Positions 47,454 to 58,100 of a stretch of DNA of 64,000 nt are shown piece by piece. The notes beneath the pieces are model-generated. The model was not told the DNA's origin. It made no database searches and saw nothing but the letters and a program-made list of their open reading frames with translations. The DNA comes from Thermoanaerobaculia bacterium. GTDB taxonomy: Bacteria; Acidobacteriota; Thermoanaerobaculia; Multivoradales; Multivoraceae. The first letter of the stretch is position 1, and each line of letters opens with the position of its first letter. The DNA lies in the NCBI GenBank assembly GCA_963664405.1, contig OY761158.1, positions 2,048,001 to 2,112,000 on the forward strand. Direction: 5' to 3'. Position numbers and translations under genes: made by a program.

Positions 47454-48951
47454 GTTCGAATACCTCGGTGATGCCGAGCCAAGGCAGCCAGAGCTCGACC
47501 GGCCCCCGATTCACCGGTGTCCACAACGGCTCGCGCATTTCCGACTCCCAGTTTCGATACTCCTCGAGGAGCGCATCGACACGATCCTGATGTTCAACCG
47601 CCACGTCTTCGGCGTCCGCCTCTCCCTTCGACAAGTCGAAGAGATAGGGGGCTCGCTCGTTCACACTCACCAGCTTCCAGGATCCACTGCGAACAGCGAA
47701 GTTCTCGGCGTTACGCCAGAACAGAGAGCGCGAAGGAATGTTCTCCTCGCCGGTGAGCAGAGGCACCAGATCGATGCCGTCGAGGGTGCGATCGCTCGGC
47801 GCCTCCGCGCCGGCCAGCGCCAAAGCCGTAGGAAGAATGTCGAGCGAGCTTACCGGCGTCCGCTCGACCCTACCGGGGCTGATGCGGCCCTGCCAGGAAG
47901 CGAGAAAAGGCACCCGCACTCCGCCCTCGAAGTGGGAGAGCTTTCCACCGGTCAGCGGATCGTTGTAGCAAGCTTTGACGTAGCTCGCACAGCCGTTGTC
48001 GGAGAGGAAGAGCACCAGCGTCCTTTCCTCGAGGCCGGCGCTGCGCAGCTTGCTCATGATCGCGCCGACGCCGTCGTCGAGGGCACTGACCATGGCGGCG
48101 AAGATACGATGGGGATCGTCGGCGATGTCGGGGAACCTGTCGTAATACTCCTGGGTCACTTGTAGGGGCGTATGGGGAGCGTTGTAAGCGACGTAGAGAA
48201 AGAAAGGCTCCTGCTTATGGCGATCGATGAAGTCGACGGCCTCACGAGTGAAGGCATCGGTCAGGTACTCCTCTTCGGCCACCGGCTCCGCACCACGTTG
48301 GATCGGGTTGATCGGGGGACGATGCCGATACTCGTCCGGCCGACGGCCGCCGGCGACCGTGTGTGCCGCCACGGTGTGCACTCCCGGTTGGTCCGCGGGG
48401 TCCATGTAAAGGTTGCCGCCGTGCAAGAAGCCGAAGAACTCGTCGAAGCCGCGGTGCTGGGGTTGAAACTGCGGTTGCGAGCCCAGGTGCCACTTGCCGA
48501 CCATGCCGGTCGCATACCCCGCCTCTCCAAGCAGTGCCGGCAACATGATCTCTTCGGTCGGCGTGCCGAGGCCCGCCTCCTCGGTCCGCTCCATGTCGCC
48601 GGCACCGAACTCGTGCCCGAAGCGCTGCTGGTAACGCCCGGTCAACAACCCGGCCCGTGTCGGGGAGCACAGCGGGGCGCTGACGTAGCCGTCGGTGAAG
48701 CGGATGCCGGAAGCTGCGAGGGTGTCGATGTTCGGCGTTCTCCCACCCTCGCAACTGTAGGCACACACATCGCCGTAACCGAGATCGTCGGCAACGATGA
48801 CGACGATATTGGGCGGTGACTCGGGCTCGGGCAGGGGCTCAGGGGTCGTCTCGCCCGAAGGCGGACCACAACCGGCGAGCAAGGCAAGCGCTACACCGGT
48901 GAGAATGTAGTGAGGGCGGCGATTCCGGAAGTAAGAAAAAATCCTAGTCAT
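47443..48951 (-). CDS. Sulfatase (formylglycine-dependent), probable lipoprotein
   Basis: PNIVVIVADDLGYGD, CSPTRAGLLTGR, GKWHLG; LLAGC lipobox. Confidence 0.94.
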   Translation of the reverse strand: MTRIFSYFRNRRPHYILTGVALALLAGCGPPSGETTPEPLPEPESPPNIVVIVADDLGYGDVCAYSCEGGRTPNIDTLAASGIRFTDGYVSAPLCSPTRAGLLTGRYQQRFGHEFGAGDMERTEEAGLGTPTEEIMLPALLGEAGYATGMVGKWHLGSQPQFQPQHRGFDEFFGFLHGGNLYMDPADQPGVHTVAAHTVAGGRRPDEYRHRPPINPIQRGAEPVAEEEYLTDAFTREAVDFIDRHKQEPFFLYVAYNAPHTPLQVTQEYYDRFPDIADDPHRIFAAMVSALDDGVGAIMSKLRSAGLEERTLVLFLSDNGCASYVKACYNDPLTGGKLSHFEGGVRVPFLASWQGRISPGRVERTPVSSLDILPTALALAGAEAPSDRTLDGIDLVPLLTGEENIPSRSLFWRNAENFAVRSGSWKLVSVNERAPYLFDLSKGEADAEDVAVEHQDRVDALLEEYRNWESEMREPLWTPVNRGPVELWLPWLGITEVFELVV

Positions 48952-50708
48952 GACTGATCCCCATTTCTTCGACTAAGCCCTGGCGCAGGCGATACTTCTC
49001 GACTTTGTTCGTCGGCGTGCGCGGCAGGTCGTCGACAACGCGAACAAATTCGGGCCACATATGACGCGGTAGCTCTTTGTGCGTCCACTCGAGAAAGGAT
49101 GCCGCATCCAAGCTCCGGCCAGGCTTGGCGACCACGAAGGCCGCAACATCTTCTTCGTCTCCCTCTCGCGCGGACACGCCAACTACCGCGCTCATCGCCA
49201 CATCGTCGTGCTCACCGAGGAGAGCCTCGACTTCGTAGGACGAGATGTTCTCGCCCTTTCTACGGATGAAGGAGCCCATGCGATCGACGAAGTAGTAGAG
49301 GCCCTCCGCGTCTCGGATCGCCGCATCTCCAGTGTGGAACCACGAGCGGCGGAAGGCTTCCCGTGTCGCCTCCGGCTGAGCGAAGTACTCCTCCATCAAG
49401 AGATGAGGCAGGCGACCACGGAAGGCGAGCTGACCATACTCCTCGCTGCCGAGCTCCTCGTCGTCCGGCCCGAGAATGGCCGCCTCTACGAAAACGGAGG
49501 GACGCCCCATCAGCCCACGGCGGATCTCTTCCGCTCCGCGGAGCACTGGATAGCCGTGACTGCGAGCGAATCGCCACACCTCTTCTTTCGCCAGCCCCTT
49601 GTACAGACTCGCCGGTGTGCCCTCTTGGTCGCCCATCTCGTCGATGAAGGCGAAGGCCCCGGCTCCCGTCTCGGTCTGTCCATAGGAAGTGGCACAGATA
49701 TCAAAGCCGAAGCGGCGAGCGATGGCATTGTGCCCCTCCGGCAGCGGCACCATATTGACCAGGTGCAAGGTGTTGCAGTGGTCATCGGCTCGCGGTGGCG
49801 CGTTGAGCAAGCGCGGAATCATCACATCGAGGAGCACAGCACCCGTCGCCCCGCGAGAGGCGATACGACGCCAGAAGGCACTCGAGCTGAAGCGGTCCCA
49901 CAGGGCGACCTCGCACCCCACCCAGGCTGCGCGGGCCATGTTCACGATCGCCCCGGCAGCGTGGTAGAGAGGCAAATCGTTGTAGATCACATCTTCCTGG
50001 TTGATCAGGCGTCGCGGGGTATAGATGAATTGATTCATCCAGCGGTGCGACTGCACAACGCCTTTGCTTGGCCCGGTCGTCCCCGAGGTGTAGATGATGT
50101 TGGCGATCGAGCCCGAGTCCAGAGTGCTGGGCGGTGCATCGGCCTCCGCGGCGACTAGATCGGCGAAACTCGCCACCTCCCGACCCCGGGGTGCCAGGGG
50201 CACCCGCTGAGCCGGAATCGAAGTCGTGATCGCTCTGCCGTGGCCGATGCACGACCAAGGACAGCTGGCCCACATCGTCGAGGACATCACCCAGGATCGC
50301 CAACAAGGACTCCTCGGTGATCAACAGCTTGGCCTGAAGGTCACCGAGCTGGTGGGCGAGAAGGCTCCCGCGAAGGTTGAAATTGATCGGGCAATAGGCG
50401 GCTCCGATCCGCCACAGGCCGAACATCGCAATTGAGGTGACGAGCGGATTACGGAGGAAGAGACCAACGCGGTCGCCCTTCCCAACGCCGAGAGAGCGAA
50501 GAGCCCCAGCGATACGGCGGCTGAGCTGATGAAACTCGGCAAAGGAGAGCGACCGATCCTCTTCGCCATAGAAAACGAAGGTTTGCTGCGGACGCGTCGC
50601 CGCCCACCTGTCGAGCCGGTCCACCACCAGCTCACCTTCGCTCAGCAGCTCTCGCTCGAGCGCGGCGAGGTCGCTTCGATCGAGCTCAGGCAAAGACGAC
50701 GTGACCAT
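48944..50708 (-). pseudogene. CaiC-like acyl-CoA ligase, frameshifted near 50218
   Basis: N-half in ORF 49782-50708; YTSGTTGPSKG, WFHTGD, GENISSYEVE in ORF 48944-50290. Confidence 0.85.
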
Positions 50709-51519
50709 GGCTGAGCACCGAACCGCTGTCGGTCGACACCTGGAATAGATAGCTCTTCTCGCTCTCGGCCCAGGCTTCGACCGTAAGCGTGTCCCCAGGA
50801 TAAATCGTGGCTGCGTATCTGGTTTCGATCTCGCTCAGACGGCTCGGTTCCCCATTACATAGATCTTGAACGAGGATCCGAGTGGCGTAGCCCAGAGTGC
50901 AGGGGCCATGCAAGATGGGCCGATCGAAGCCGCGACTGCGCGCAAAGGCGGGGTCGATGTGCACAGGGTCGTCGACTCCGTTGAGCTGATAGAGGGCCGC
51001 CTGGTTTTCGGGAATGGGACAAGAAACGCGCAGCTCCGGAGCGCGATCCGGCGGCCGCCGGCCGGGGGACCGCGGCCCGCTTGCCCCGCCGTACCCCCCC
51101 GAGCCGAGCATGGCCGAAGAGCTATTGAGATCGAAAACCAGCCGCCCCTCCTCGTCATGGCCCTGCACGTGCGTCACCATCAGCGCGAAGCTACCCTTGT
51201 CGAAGATGTCCGCGATCTCAGCCGATACCAGAAGACGGCCGGGCACTTGGAGAGGGCGATGAAGAACGAGCCTCTCACCGGCCGCGACACGGTGGTAGTC
51301 CTCGACGAGGTCGGTGAACTGGTCGCCGAGTGCATTCATCGCCACGAAACAGAAACTGGGAAGGACGCGCAACCCTCCTGGCGCCTTCTCCCACACCAGC
51401 GCCAGGTCGCCGGATTCGGCTCCGACACTCAAGGCATAGAGAGCAACCTCACGCGGTCCGTACTCGAAGGAGACGGGCTCCGCTTTGCGGCCGATGAGTG
51501 CCAGGTCGGCTTTGGGCAC
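50686..51519 (-). CDS. MaoC-like double hot-dog dehydratase, degenerate motif
   Basis: ALYALSVGA, QAALYQLNGVDDPVHIDP, PILHGPCTLG. Confidence 0.85.
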   Translation of the reverse strand: MPKADLALIGRKAEPVSFEYGPREVALYALSVGAESGDLALVWEKAPGGLRVLPSFCFVAMNALGDQFTDLVEDYHRVAAGERLVLHRPLQVPGRLLVSAEIADIFDKGSFALMVTHVQGHDEEGRLVFDLNSSSAMLGSGGYGGASGPRSPGRRPPDRAPELRVSCPIPENQAALYQLNGVDDPVHIDPAFARSRGFDRPILHGPCTLGYATRILVQDLCNGEPSRLSEIETRYAATIYPGDTLTVEAWAESEKSYLFQVSTDSGSVLSHGHVVFA

Positions 51520-51563
51520 CTGGCGCCCGGGCTCACTCGAGCCCCCCGCAGGCGTCGTCAAGC

Positions 51564-52409
51564 TCAGGCTCCGTCTACGATGGCATAGGCGCTGGAGATG
51601 ACCACGCCCCGCTCGGTCGAGACTTGAATGAGGTAGCGAGAGTCGCTCTCCCGCCATCCACGGGTGGTGAGAGTCTCACCCGGGTAGACGACGTCGGAGA
51701 AACGAGCCTTGAATTCGCGCAGCGCCGCGGCCCGACCCTCGCAGGCACCCTCGAGAATCGCTCGGGTGGCGTAGCCATAGGTGCAGAGACCGTGCAGGAT
51801 CGGGCGATCGAAACCGCCGAGTTTGGCAAATTCCGGGTCGATATGGAGCGGATTGTAGTCACCGTTGAGGCGATAGAGGGCGGCCTGGTCGATGGGAATC
51901 GTGTAGGCGACGCTGAAGCTGGGCTCGACGCCTTCAGGCGGATCCGACCTCTCCGTCTTCGGACCCGGATCTCCTCCAAAGCCACCGCCGCCACGATAGA
52001 AGCCCACCTTGAGCGTCTCGAAGACCTTCTCTCCGTCTTCGGTTCGCCCGGTCACGCTGGAATGGATTACAGCCGCCTTGAGCTTGTCGAAGATGTTCTT
52101 GACTTCGCCCTGGAGGATGAGCTTCCCCCCAGGAGGTATCGGTCTGAAGAGCCGGATCAGCTGCTCGCCGTGGAGCATGCGGGTCTTGTCGAAGCTGTCC
52201 TCGAGATCGCCCATGGCGCCCATCTCGGGGATGACACAGTAGCTCGGCAGCACTTCGAGACCACCCGGCGCTCCTTCGTAGATGTTGGAGATTTGGTCGG
52301 CGCGTGCCCCCACGCCGAGAGCGTAGAGAACGACGTCCTTCCACGAGTACTCGAAGACCTGAGGCTCGGTCTTGCGACCGATGAGATCCGGAAGCGAGAG
52401 CTCGGACAC
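51564..52409 (-). CDS. MaoC-like double hot-dog (hydratase-2 type) dehydratase
   Basis: LYALGVGA, LHGEQ, YRLNGDYNPLHIDP, PILHGLCTYG. Confidence 0.9.
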   Translation of the reverse strand: MSELSLPDLIGRKTEPQVFEYSWKDVVLYALGVGARADQISNIYEGAPGGLEVLPSYCVIPEMGAMGDLEDSFDKTRMLHGEQLIRLFRPIPPGGKLILQGEVKNIFDKLKAAVIHSSVTGRTEDGEKVFETLKVGFYRGGGGFGGDPGPKTERSDPPEGVEPSFSVAYTIPIDQAALYRLNGDYNPLHIDPEFAKLGGFDRPILHGLCTYGYATRAILEGACEGRAAALREFKARFSDVVYPGETLTTRGWRESDSRYLIQVSTERGVVISSAYAIVDGA

Positions 52410-52506
52410 TTGAGTTTTCCCCCTTGTTGTGCGGCCTTGTTGCGGCCGTCTGGGCTTGCCAGCTACGATAGCGAGGCTAGATAGACCAGTCAATCTTCTT
52501 AATCGG

Positions 52507-53316
52507 ATGTCGTACAGAAACAGCCAGCTCAGAGAGCGAATCCGACGACCGGCCTCCGCGGTTCTCGCGACAGCGCTTTTGCTGGCGGCGCACGGAGTCT
52601 CCGCCCAGGTTGAGGTCGACGACTTCGAGGCACGCAGCTTCACCGATTCGCGGGACGGTACTCTGGTCTTCCGCCTCTTCGTTCCGCGCGACTACGACGC
52701 GGCGAAGAGCTATCCCATCGTCACCTTCCTTCACGGCAGTAGTCGTCGCGGCGAAGACAATCGCCGCCAGATCATTCTCGGCGCCAAGGTCTGGGCGGAG
52801 CCCGCCAGCCAGGCCAAGAACCCGGCTTTCGTGCTGGCCCCACAATGCCCCAGCGACGACGGCTGGGGCCGGCCAGAGGGCATGACCGGCTACGGGCCGA
52901 GTACGCCGGTACGGACGGTGAGCGAGATCCTCGATGCGCTGGAGGAGGAGTTCTCCATCGACCCGGATCGCATGTACATCACCGGCCAGTCCGGTGGTGG
53001 ATGGGGGACGCTCCGAGTTCTCGGATTACAGCCACATCGCTTCGCTGCCGGCATTCTGGTCTGTCCGGCCGGCGCCGGATCCTCAGGTGAAGGTCTCGAC
53101 CTCGTCGCCCCTCTCACCCATCTCCCCCTCTGGTTCTTCCACGGCACTGCGGACAGAATCGTGCCCTTCGACCTCACCGTCCGCCGTGTCGACGCACTGC
53201 GTCAAGCCGGCGCCAAGCCTCTCTTTACCGAGTACCCGGGAGTGAAGCACGACGCATGGACGCTGGCGTATCGTGAAAAGGGACTGGTCGACTGGCTCTT
53301 CGCCCAGCAGCGTTGA
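52507..53316 (+). CDS. Secreted alpha/beta hydrolase (esterase/peptidase)
   Basis: YPIVTFLHG, LAPQCP, GQSGG nucleophile, FHGTADRIVP, HDAW. Confidence 0.88.
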   Translation: MSYRNSQLRERIRRPASAVLATALLLAAHGVSAQVEVDDFEARSFTDSRDGTLVFRLFVPRDYDAAKSYPIVTFLHGSSRRGEDNRRQIILGAKVWAEPASQAKNPAFVLAPQCPSDDGWGRPEGMTGYGPSTPVRTVSEILDALEEEFSIDPDRMYITGQSGGGWGTLRVLGLQPHRFAAGILVCPAGAGSSGEGLDLVAPLTHLPLWFFHGTADRIVPFDLTVRRVDALRQAGAKPLFTEYPGVKHDAWTLAYREKGLVDWLFAQQR

Positions 53317-53346
53317 CCGAGTAGCAGGCGATAGTCGATAGTATCG

Positions 53347-53441
53347 CCCCGGAGTCTGTGCGGCAGGGCTCCGGACGCGCCGTCCTCGGCGCCAACAGCA
53401 ACTCGCCGCAGGAAGTGATAGCCATCACTTCCGGAGGCTAG
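53347..53441. repeat. Family A palindromic element, copy 3 (inverted)
   Basis: GCGCCGTCCTCGGCGC (53377-53392) and GGAAGTGATAGCCATCACTTCC (53411-53432); CTAG at 53438. Confidence 0.82.
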
Positions 53442-53451
53442 GGAGGAACAT

Positions 53452-54969
53452 ATGAACGGCGGAATCGGCCTTTGGCTTTCTCGGCGCGCCGAGACGACAC
53501 CTCATCGACCGGCGCTCATCTTCGGTGATCGCTCCTGGACCTACGGCAGCTGGAACGCCGAAGTGCAGAGAGTTCGCCACGCCTTGCGTGCCGGCGGCGT
53601 GAGCGCCGGTGATCGAGTCACGGTGCTCACCCTCAACGAGCCCGAGTTTCTCACCACCGCCTTCGCCTGCTGGCAGTCGGGGGTCCTCTTCGTACCTCTG
53701 AACACTCGCCTCACCGGGCGCGAGCTCTCCTACATCATCGGCGACGCAGGCGCCCACACCCTCATCGTCGGTCCGGAGTTCGTCGACACCATCGACGAGG
53801 TCCGTGACGAGCTTCCGGTTCGCCGGTACATATCTCTGCAGCCCCGAGAAGGCTGGACCCACTGGGAGGAGCTGATCGCCGATCATTCTGAAGAGGGCTG
53901 GTCTCAGCAGATCCACGACGACGACGTCGCGATCATCATGTACACCTCGGGGACAACAGGTCTGCCCAAGGGAGCGATGCTGAGCCACGGCAATCTGCTC
54001 TGGAACAACATCAACGCACTCCACGTCATGGAGACCTCGGCCGACGACCGAACGCTGGTGTGCGCGCCGCTTTTTCATATCGGGGGTTTGAACGTAAACA
54101 CTCTCATCACCTTGCAGGTCGGCGGCCTGATCGTACTGATGAGGAGCTTCGACCCCGAGGCCGTGCTCGACAACATCGAGCGCCACCGCATCACCGGCAT
54201 GTTCGGAGTGCCTGCCATGTTTCTTTTCATGAGTCAGTTTCCCGATTTCGCCGATCGCGATCTCTCGACCGTGCGCTACTTCTTGTGTGGCGGAGCGCCG
54301 GTACCTGAAGCGACCATCAAGCTCTACGGGGCTCGCGGTATCTCTTTTCTCCAGGGCTACGGCCTGACCGAGACCTCTCCTTTCGCGACCCTCCTGCCCA
54401 AAGACGACTGCGAGCGCAAGGTCGGCTCCGCCGGTGTGGCGCCGATGTATACCGAAGTCCGAGTGGTCGACCTCGACAACAAGCCGGTCGCCGCCAACGT
54501 CCAGGGCGAGATCACAATCCGCGGCCCCAATGTGATGAAGGGGTACTGGAACCGTCCCGAGGCGACCGAAGAAGTGATGGACGCAGAAGGCTGGTTCCAC
54601 TCCGGCGACATCGGCATCATGGACGAAGAGGGCTATTTCTATGTCGTCGACCGCAAGAAAGACATGGTCATCAGCGGCGGCGAGAATGTCTACCCAGCAG
54701 AGGTGGAGACCGTCATCCATGAGATGCCGGAAGTCGCGGACGTCGGCGTCATCGGACTCGAAGACGAGAAGTGGGGCGAGCGAGTGGTCGCGATCGTTGT
54801 GCCGAGCCCTGGCGTAGAGCTTCGGCCCGAAGACGTCATCGCCTACACCGACGGCAAACTGGCGCGCTTCAAGATGCCGAGGCAGGTGGAGATGGTCGAA
54901 GAGCTTCCTCGTAATCCCCAGGGGAAGATCCTGAAACGAGTGCTTAGAGAGCAGTTCGCGGAGGGCTAG
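53452..54969 (+). CDS. Long-chain acyl-CoA synthetase / MenE-like ligase
   Basis: YTSGTTGLPKG, GYGLTE, WFHSGD, SGGENVYPAEVE; GGAGG RBS. Confidence 0.93.
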   Translation: MNGGIGLWLSRRAETTPHRPALIFGDRSWTYGSWNAEVQRVRHALRAGGVSAGDRVTVLTLNEPEFLTTAFACWQSGVLFVPLNTRLTGRELSYIIGDAGAHTLIVGPEFVDTIDEVRDELPVRRYISLQPREGWTHWEELIADHSEEGWSQQIHDDDVAIIMYTSGTTGLPKGAMLSHGNLLWNNINALHVMETSADDRTLVCAPLFHIGGLNVNTLITLQVGGLIVLMRSFDPEAVLDNIERHRITGMFGVPAMFLFMSQFPDFADRDLSTVRYFLCGGAPVPEATIKLYGARGISFLQGYGLTETSPFATLLPKDDCERKVGSAGVAPMYTEVRVVDLDNKPVAANVQGEITIRGPNVMKGYWNRPEATEEVMDAEGWFHSGDIGIMDEEGYFYVVDRKKDMVISGGENVYPAEVETVIHEMPEVADVGVIGLEDEKWGERVVAIVVPSPGVELRPEDVIAYTDGKLARFKMPRQVEMVEELPRNPQGKILKRVLREQFAEG

Positions 54970-55047
54970 GAATCCGCCCGAGTATTCGGGCGAGCGAGTA
55001 GTTCTCAGGCGGGGATGGGCGAGAGAACGCGCCGCAGGCGCGTCTTC
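54966..55047 (+). repeat. Family B two-hairpin element, copy 2
   Basis: CGCCCGA..TCGGGCG, linker 25/27 identical to copy 1, ACGCGCC-GCA-GGCGCGT; starts at the ligase TAG. Confidence 0.75.
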
Positions 55048-55180
55048 ACGAGGAGGCGCTCCTCAGATGAGGGTTAGCGCAGGCCGATGTCGTCTTTCTT
55101 CTATAGAGGACCCTTCATCGAAGCCCGACGGCCGGCCGTCTCGAGACCACCAGACTCAGGGTCCGTTTTTCGGGTGAATT

Positions 55181-58100
55181 ATGCCAACCATGGAGAAGCC
55201 TACCGGGAACCCAACCTACCTCGGCGATCTCCCCCGTCCGGGCCTTGGCCAGAGTGCCAGGCGGCTCGGCCGACTTGGCGCGCTCGGTGCCACCTCGCCA
55301 TGGCAATCGCTGGCCCGGTCGTGGCGGGCCATCAGTTCCTCAGGTGGCCCGACGGCGACGCGTTCACGACCTTTGGTCCAAACGAGCTGATCCTGATCGA
55401 CATCGGAGCGATCGAGTTCGTGACGAGCTGTCCCGAGATGGCGATCGAGGACTTCATCTGGCCCTTTGCCGACATCTACGTCATTCCCTCCGGGAGCGGT
55501 CAGTCGGGAGCAGCACTGAGCGATGTGACAGGCTCAAAGAACACGGCCTGGGGCGCCTCAGGGGGTGGTGTCTTCGTGTCCCAGATTCTCGGCGTCACAG
55601 CACCCTCCGGATCGCTGGGCCCGGGAACTTACGCCGTGGTCTTCGACGAGTGCCAGAACGGGATCTTCGACGGGCCCGACTTCGTAGCCGACCCGGCGTT
55701 CCGGGTGGTCATCCCCGCCGATCTACCAGCGCCCCCTATTTCCCTTGATTTCAAAGATCGTGCGCGAACACAGGCGTTCCGGCTCAGATCGATGCACGCC
55801 TTCACCAAGGCCCTCTTTTTTGTCGCCCAGCTTGCCGGCAAAGCCAAGGCACCGGGCGCGAGCCGCCCCTCCAACGAGTCCCTCGGCAGGATGATCAGCC
55901 TCGCCGGCGACGCCATCAAGAAGACCGGTCTGCGCCTCGTCGACATAAAGGCGGGGGCCCTGAGCACCATTCTCCAGGTGTTCCGCTACCACGATGCCCT
56001 GGCGAAGGATCCTCCCGATCCCGACTTCGATCAGGTCACGACCCTGGGGCCAAGGCCGGCGTTCCCGAGCCACGACCCGGACCCGCTGGTCCGGCAGGGA
56101 ATTGCCGCCAGCGCCGAGGCCAGCATCGACGAAGCCCTTCTCCTCGCGCTGCTGCAATCTCTAGAGCGCTACCAGGGGGCTCAGGCCGAAGGCGACGGCT
56201 CCTGGGGCCTCGCCCAAGCCCGCTCGGCGCTCGAATACGCCGGCCTGCTCGCCGACCACGCCGACGATAGCGCCCTCGCCTTTGCCGCTCTCGGAACCGA
56301 GGTGGCGGGGGCCGACGTCACGCTCGACGACTTCACCCTCAAGTGGGCCACTTTCTTGTCGACCGTCGAGAGCTCGGGCCTCCCCGCTGAGGAGTCCGTT
56401 ATCGCTGCGAACTTCGGCATTCCCCCAACCGTGATCGACGACGAGCTCGAAGAGCTTCTCGGCGTCGACTTTGCGTCCTTCTCCCGCGCCGCCATGGCGA
56501 CCGCCGCGGCGGACGTCGCGACTTCAACCTCCGACTTTGGCACTGGGCTCGTCACCTTCATCGGCGACATGGCAGTCCTGGTCGCCGCGATCGAAGCCGA
56601 CCCCGTGGTGCTGGACTTCTTCCCTGTCGCCGACGCGGGGGGGCCGTACGACGGCACCGTCGGCATTCCCCTCTCTCTGGACGGGTCGACCTCGAGCGGC
56701 GACATCGTCGCTTTCGCGTGGGATCTCGACGGCGACGGCGACTTCGACGACGACGCCACTGCTACGCCCACCTACGTACCCGACCGTCCCCGCCATGATC
56801 TGGTGGGCCTCGAAGTGATCACCGCCACAGGCGACAAGGACGTGGGCTACGCGTGGCTCACGGTGGCCGCGGTCAACCGGCTGCCCGAGGTTCAGGCCTC
56901 GAGTCCCGGGTTCCTCTTCGGAGACATCGAGATCGGCAGCTCGCGGACCTTCTCGGTCGTGCCCTCGGACCCGGATAGCGACCCGGTCACAGTGGAGTGG
57001 TTCTACGCAGGAGCCTTGGTTGCGAGCGGAGTCTCCGCAATCCTGACCCCACTCGCTGCGGATGCCGGCACAGCGCTTCTCGAAGCGGTCCTCGACGATG
57101 GCAAGGGTGGGCTGAGCGAGGTCGCCTGGCCCATTGCCGTTTTCTTCCCCGACCCCGACGGCGACGGCTGGTCCTCGAACCTCGACTGCGACGAGACGGA
57201 CGCGGCGGTGAATCCCGGCGCCACGGACGTCCTCAACGGCATCGACGACGACTGCAACCCGTCGACGCCAGACGGTGGGCTCCCGCCGGAGATCGTCGTC
57301 GGGTCGGCACCTTCGGGGACGGAGGGTGAGGCGGCGACCCTCGATGCGACCTTCACCCATGCGGAGCTGGCCACTGAGACCTTCACCGCCGAGGTCTCCT
57401 GGGGCGACGGCCAGAGCGAGACTGTCGGCGTCACGGCTGGCGCCGTCCATCTGCCCCACACTTGGGTCGAAGACGGCTCCTACCCGGTGGAGCTCTGCAT
57501 CCGCACCGGCGCCGGAGCCCGCGGCTGCGTGGAGAGCCGGGCCGGCATCGCCAACGCGCCGCCCACCTCGGCGCTTCAGGTCGACCTCACTCTCTGGACT
57601 CCGGAAGTCGTGCCAGGCACTTTCGCAACGACAGGATCGCAGTGGGTCGTCAGCGCCGAGCGCGACACCGTTGTGCAGGTGGTCAACGGGTCTCCGACGT
57701 TCTTCATCAGCGACTTCGAGCTCGACCCCGCGGATCAGCTCTCACTCGCCCTGAGCGTGCTGTCTGGGAGCGGGGACGACGACTTCATCGGCTTCGCCTT
57801 CGGAATGTCTACTGGAGATACCACCAATCCGACGTCCGACTACCTGCTCTTTAGCTGGAAGCGCTCAGCGCAGCGGATCGCAGGTGAGATTGCTCCCCGC
57901 GGTCTGCGCTTGGTGCGGGTCCAGGGAACCCCGACGCCGCGAAACTTCTGGTCCCACGAGGGAGCCATTCAGTTCCTACAAGACGCAGCGACTCTAGGGG
58001 ACGCGCGTTGGAACTTTGGGGTCGAGTATGCCTTCTCCTTCCGCATTCTTCCGGGCCGACTCCAGGTATTCGTGGATGGTGGGCTCGAGTTCGACGTCAA

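Noticed and set aside
53425-54720. Long antisense ORFs (also 890-1771, 19185-20081, 29125-30177, 49079-50158)
   Set aside because: Shadow ORFs expected opposite high-GC genes; no recognisable motifs.
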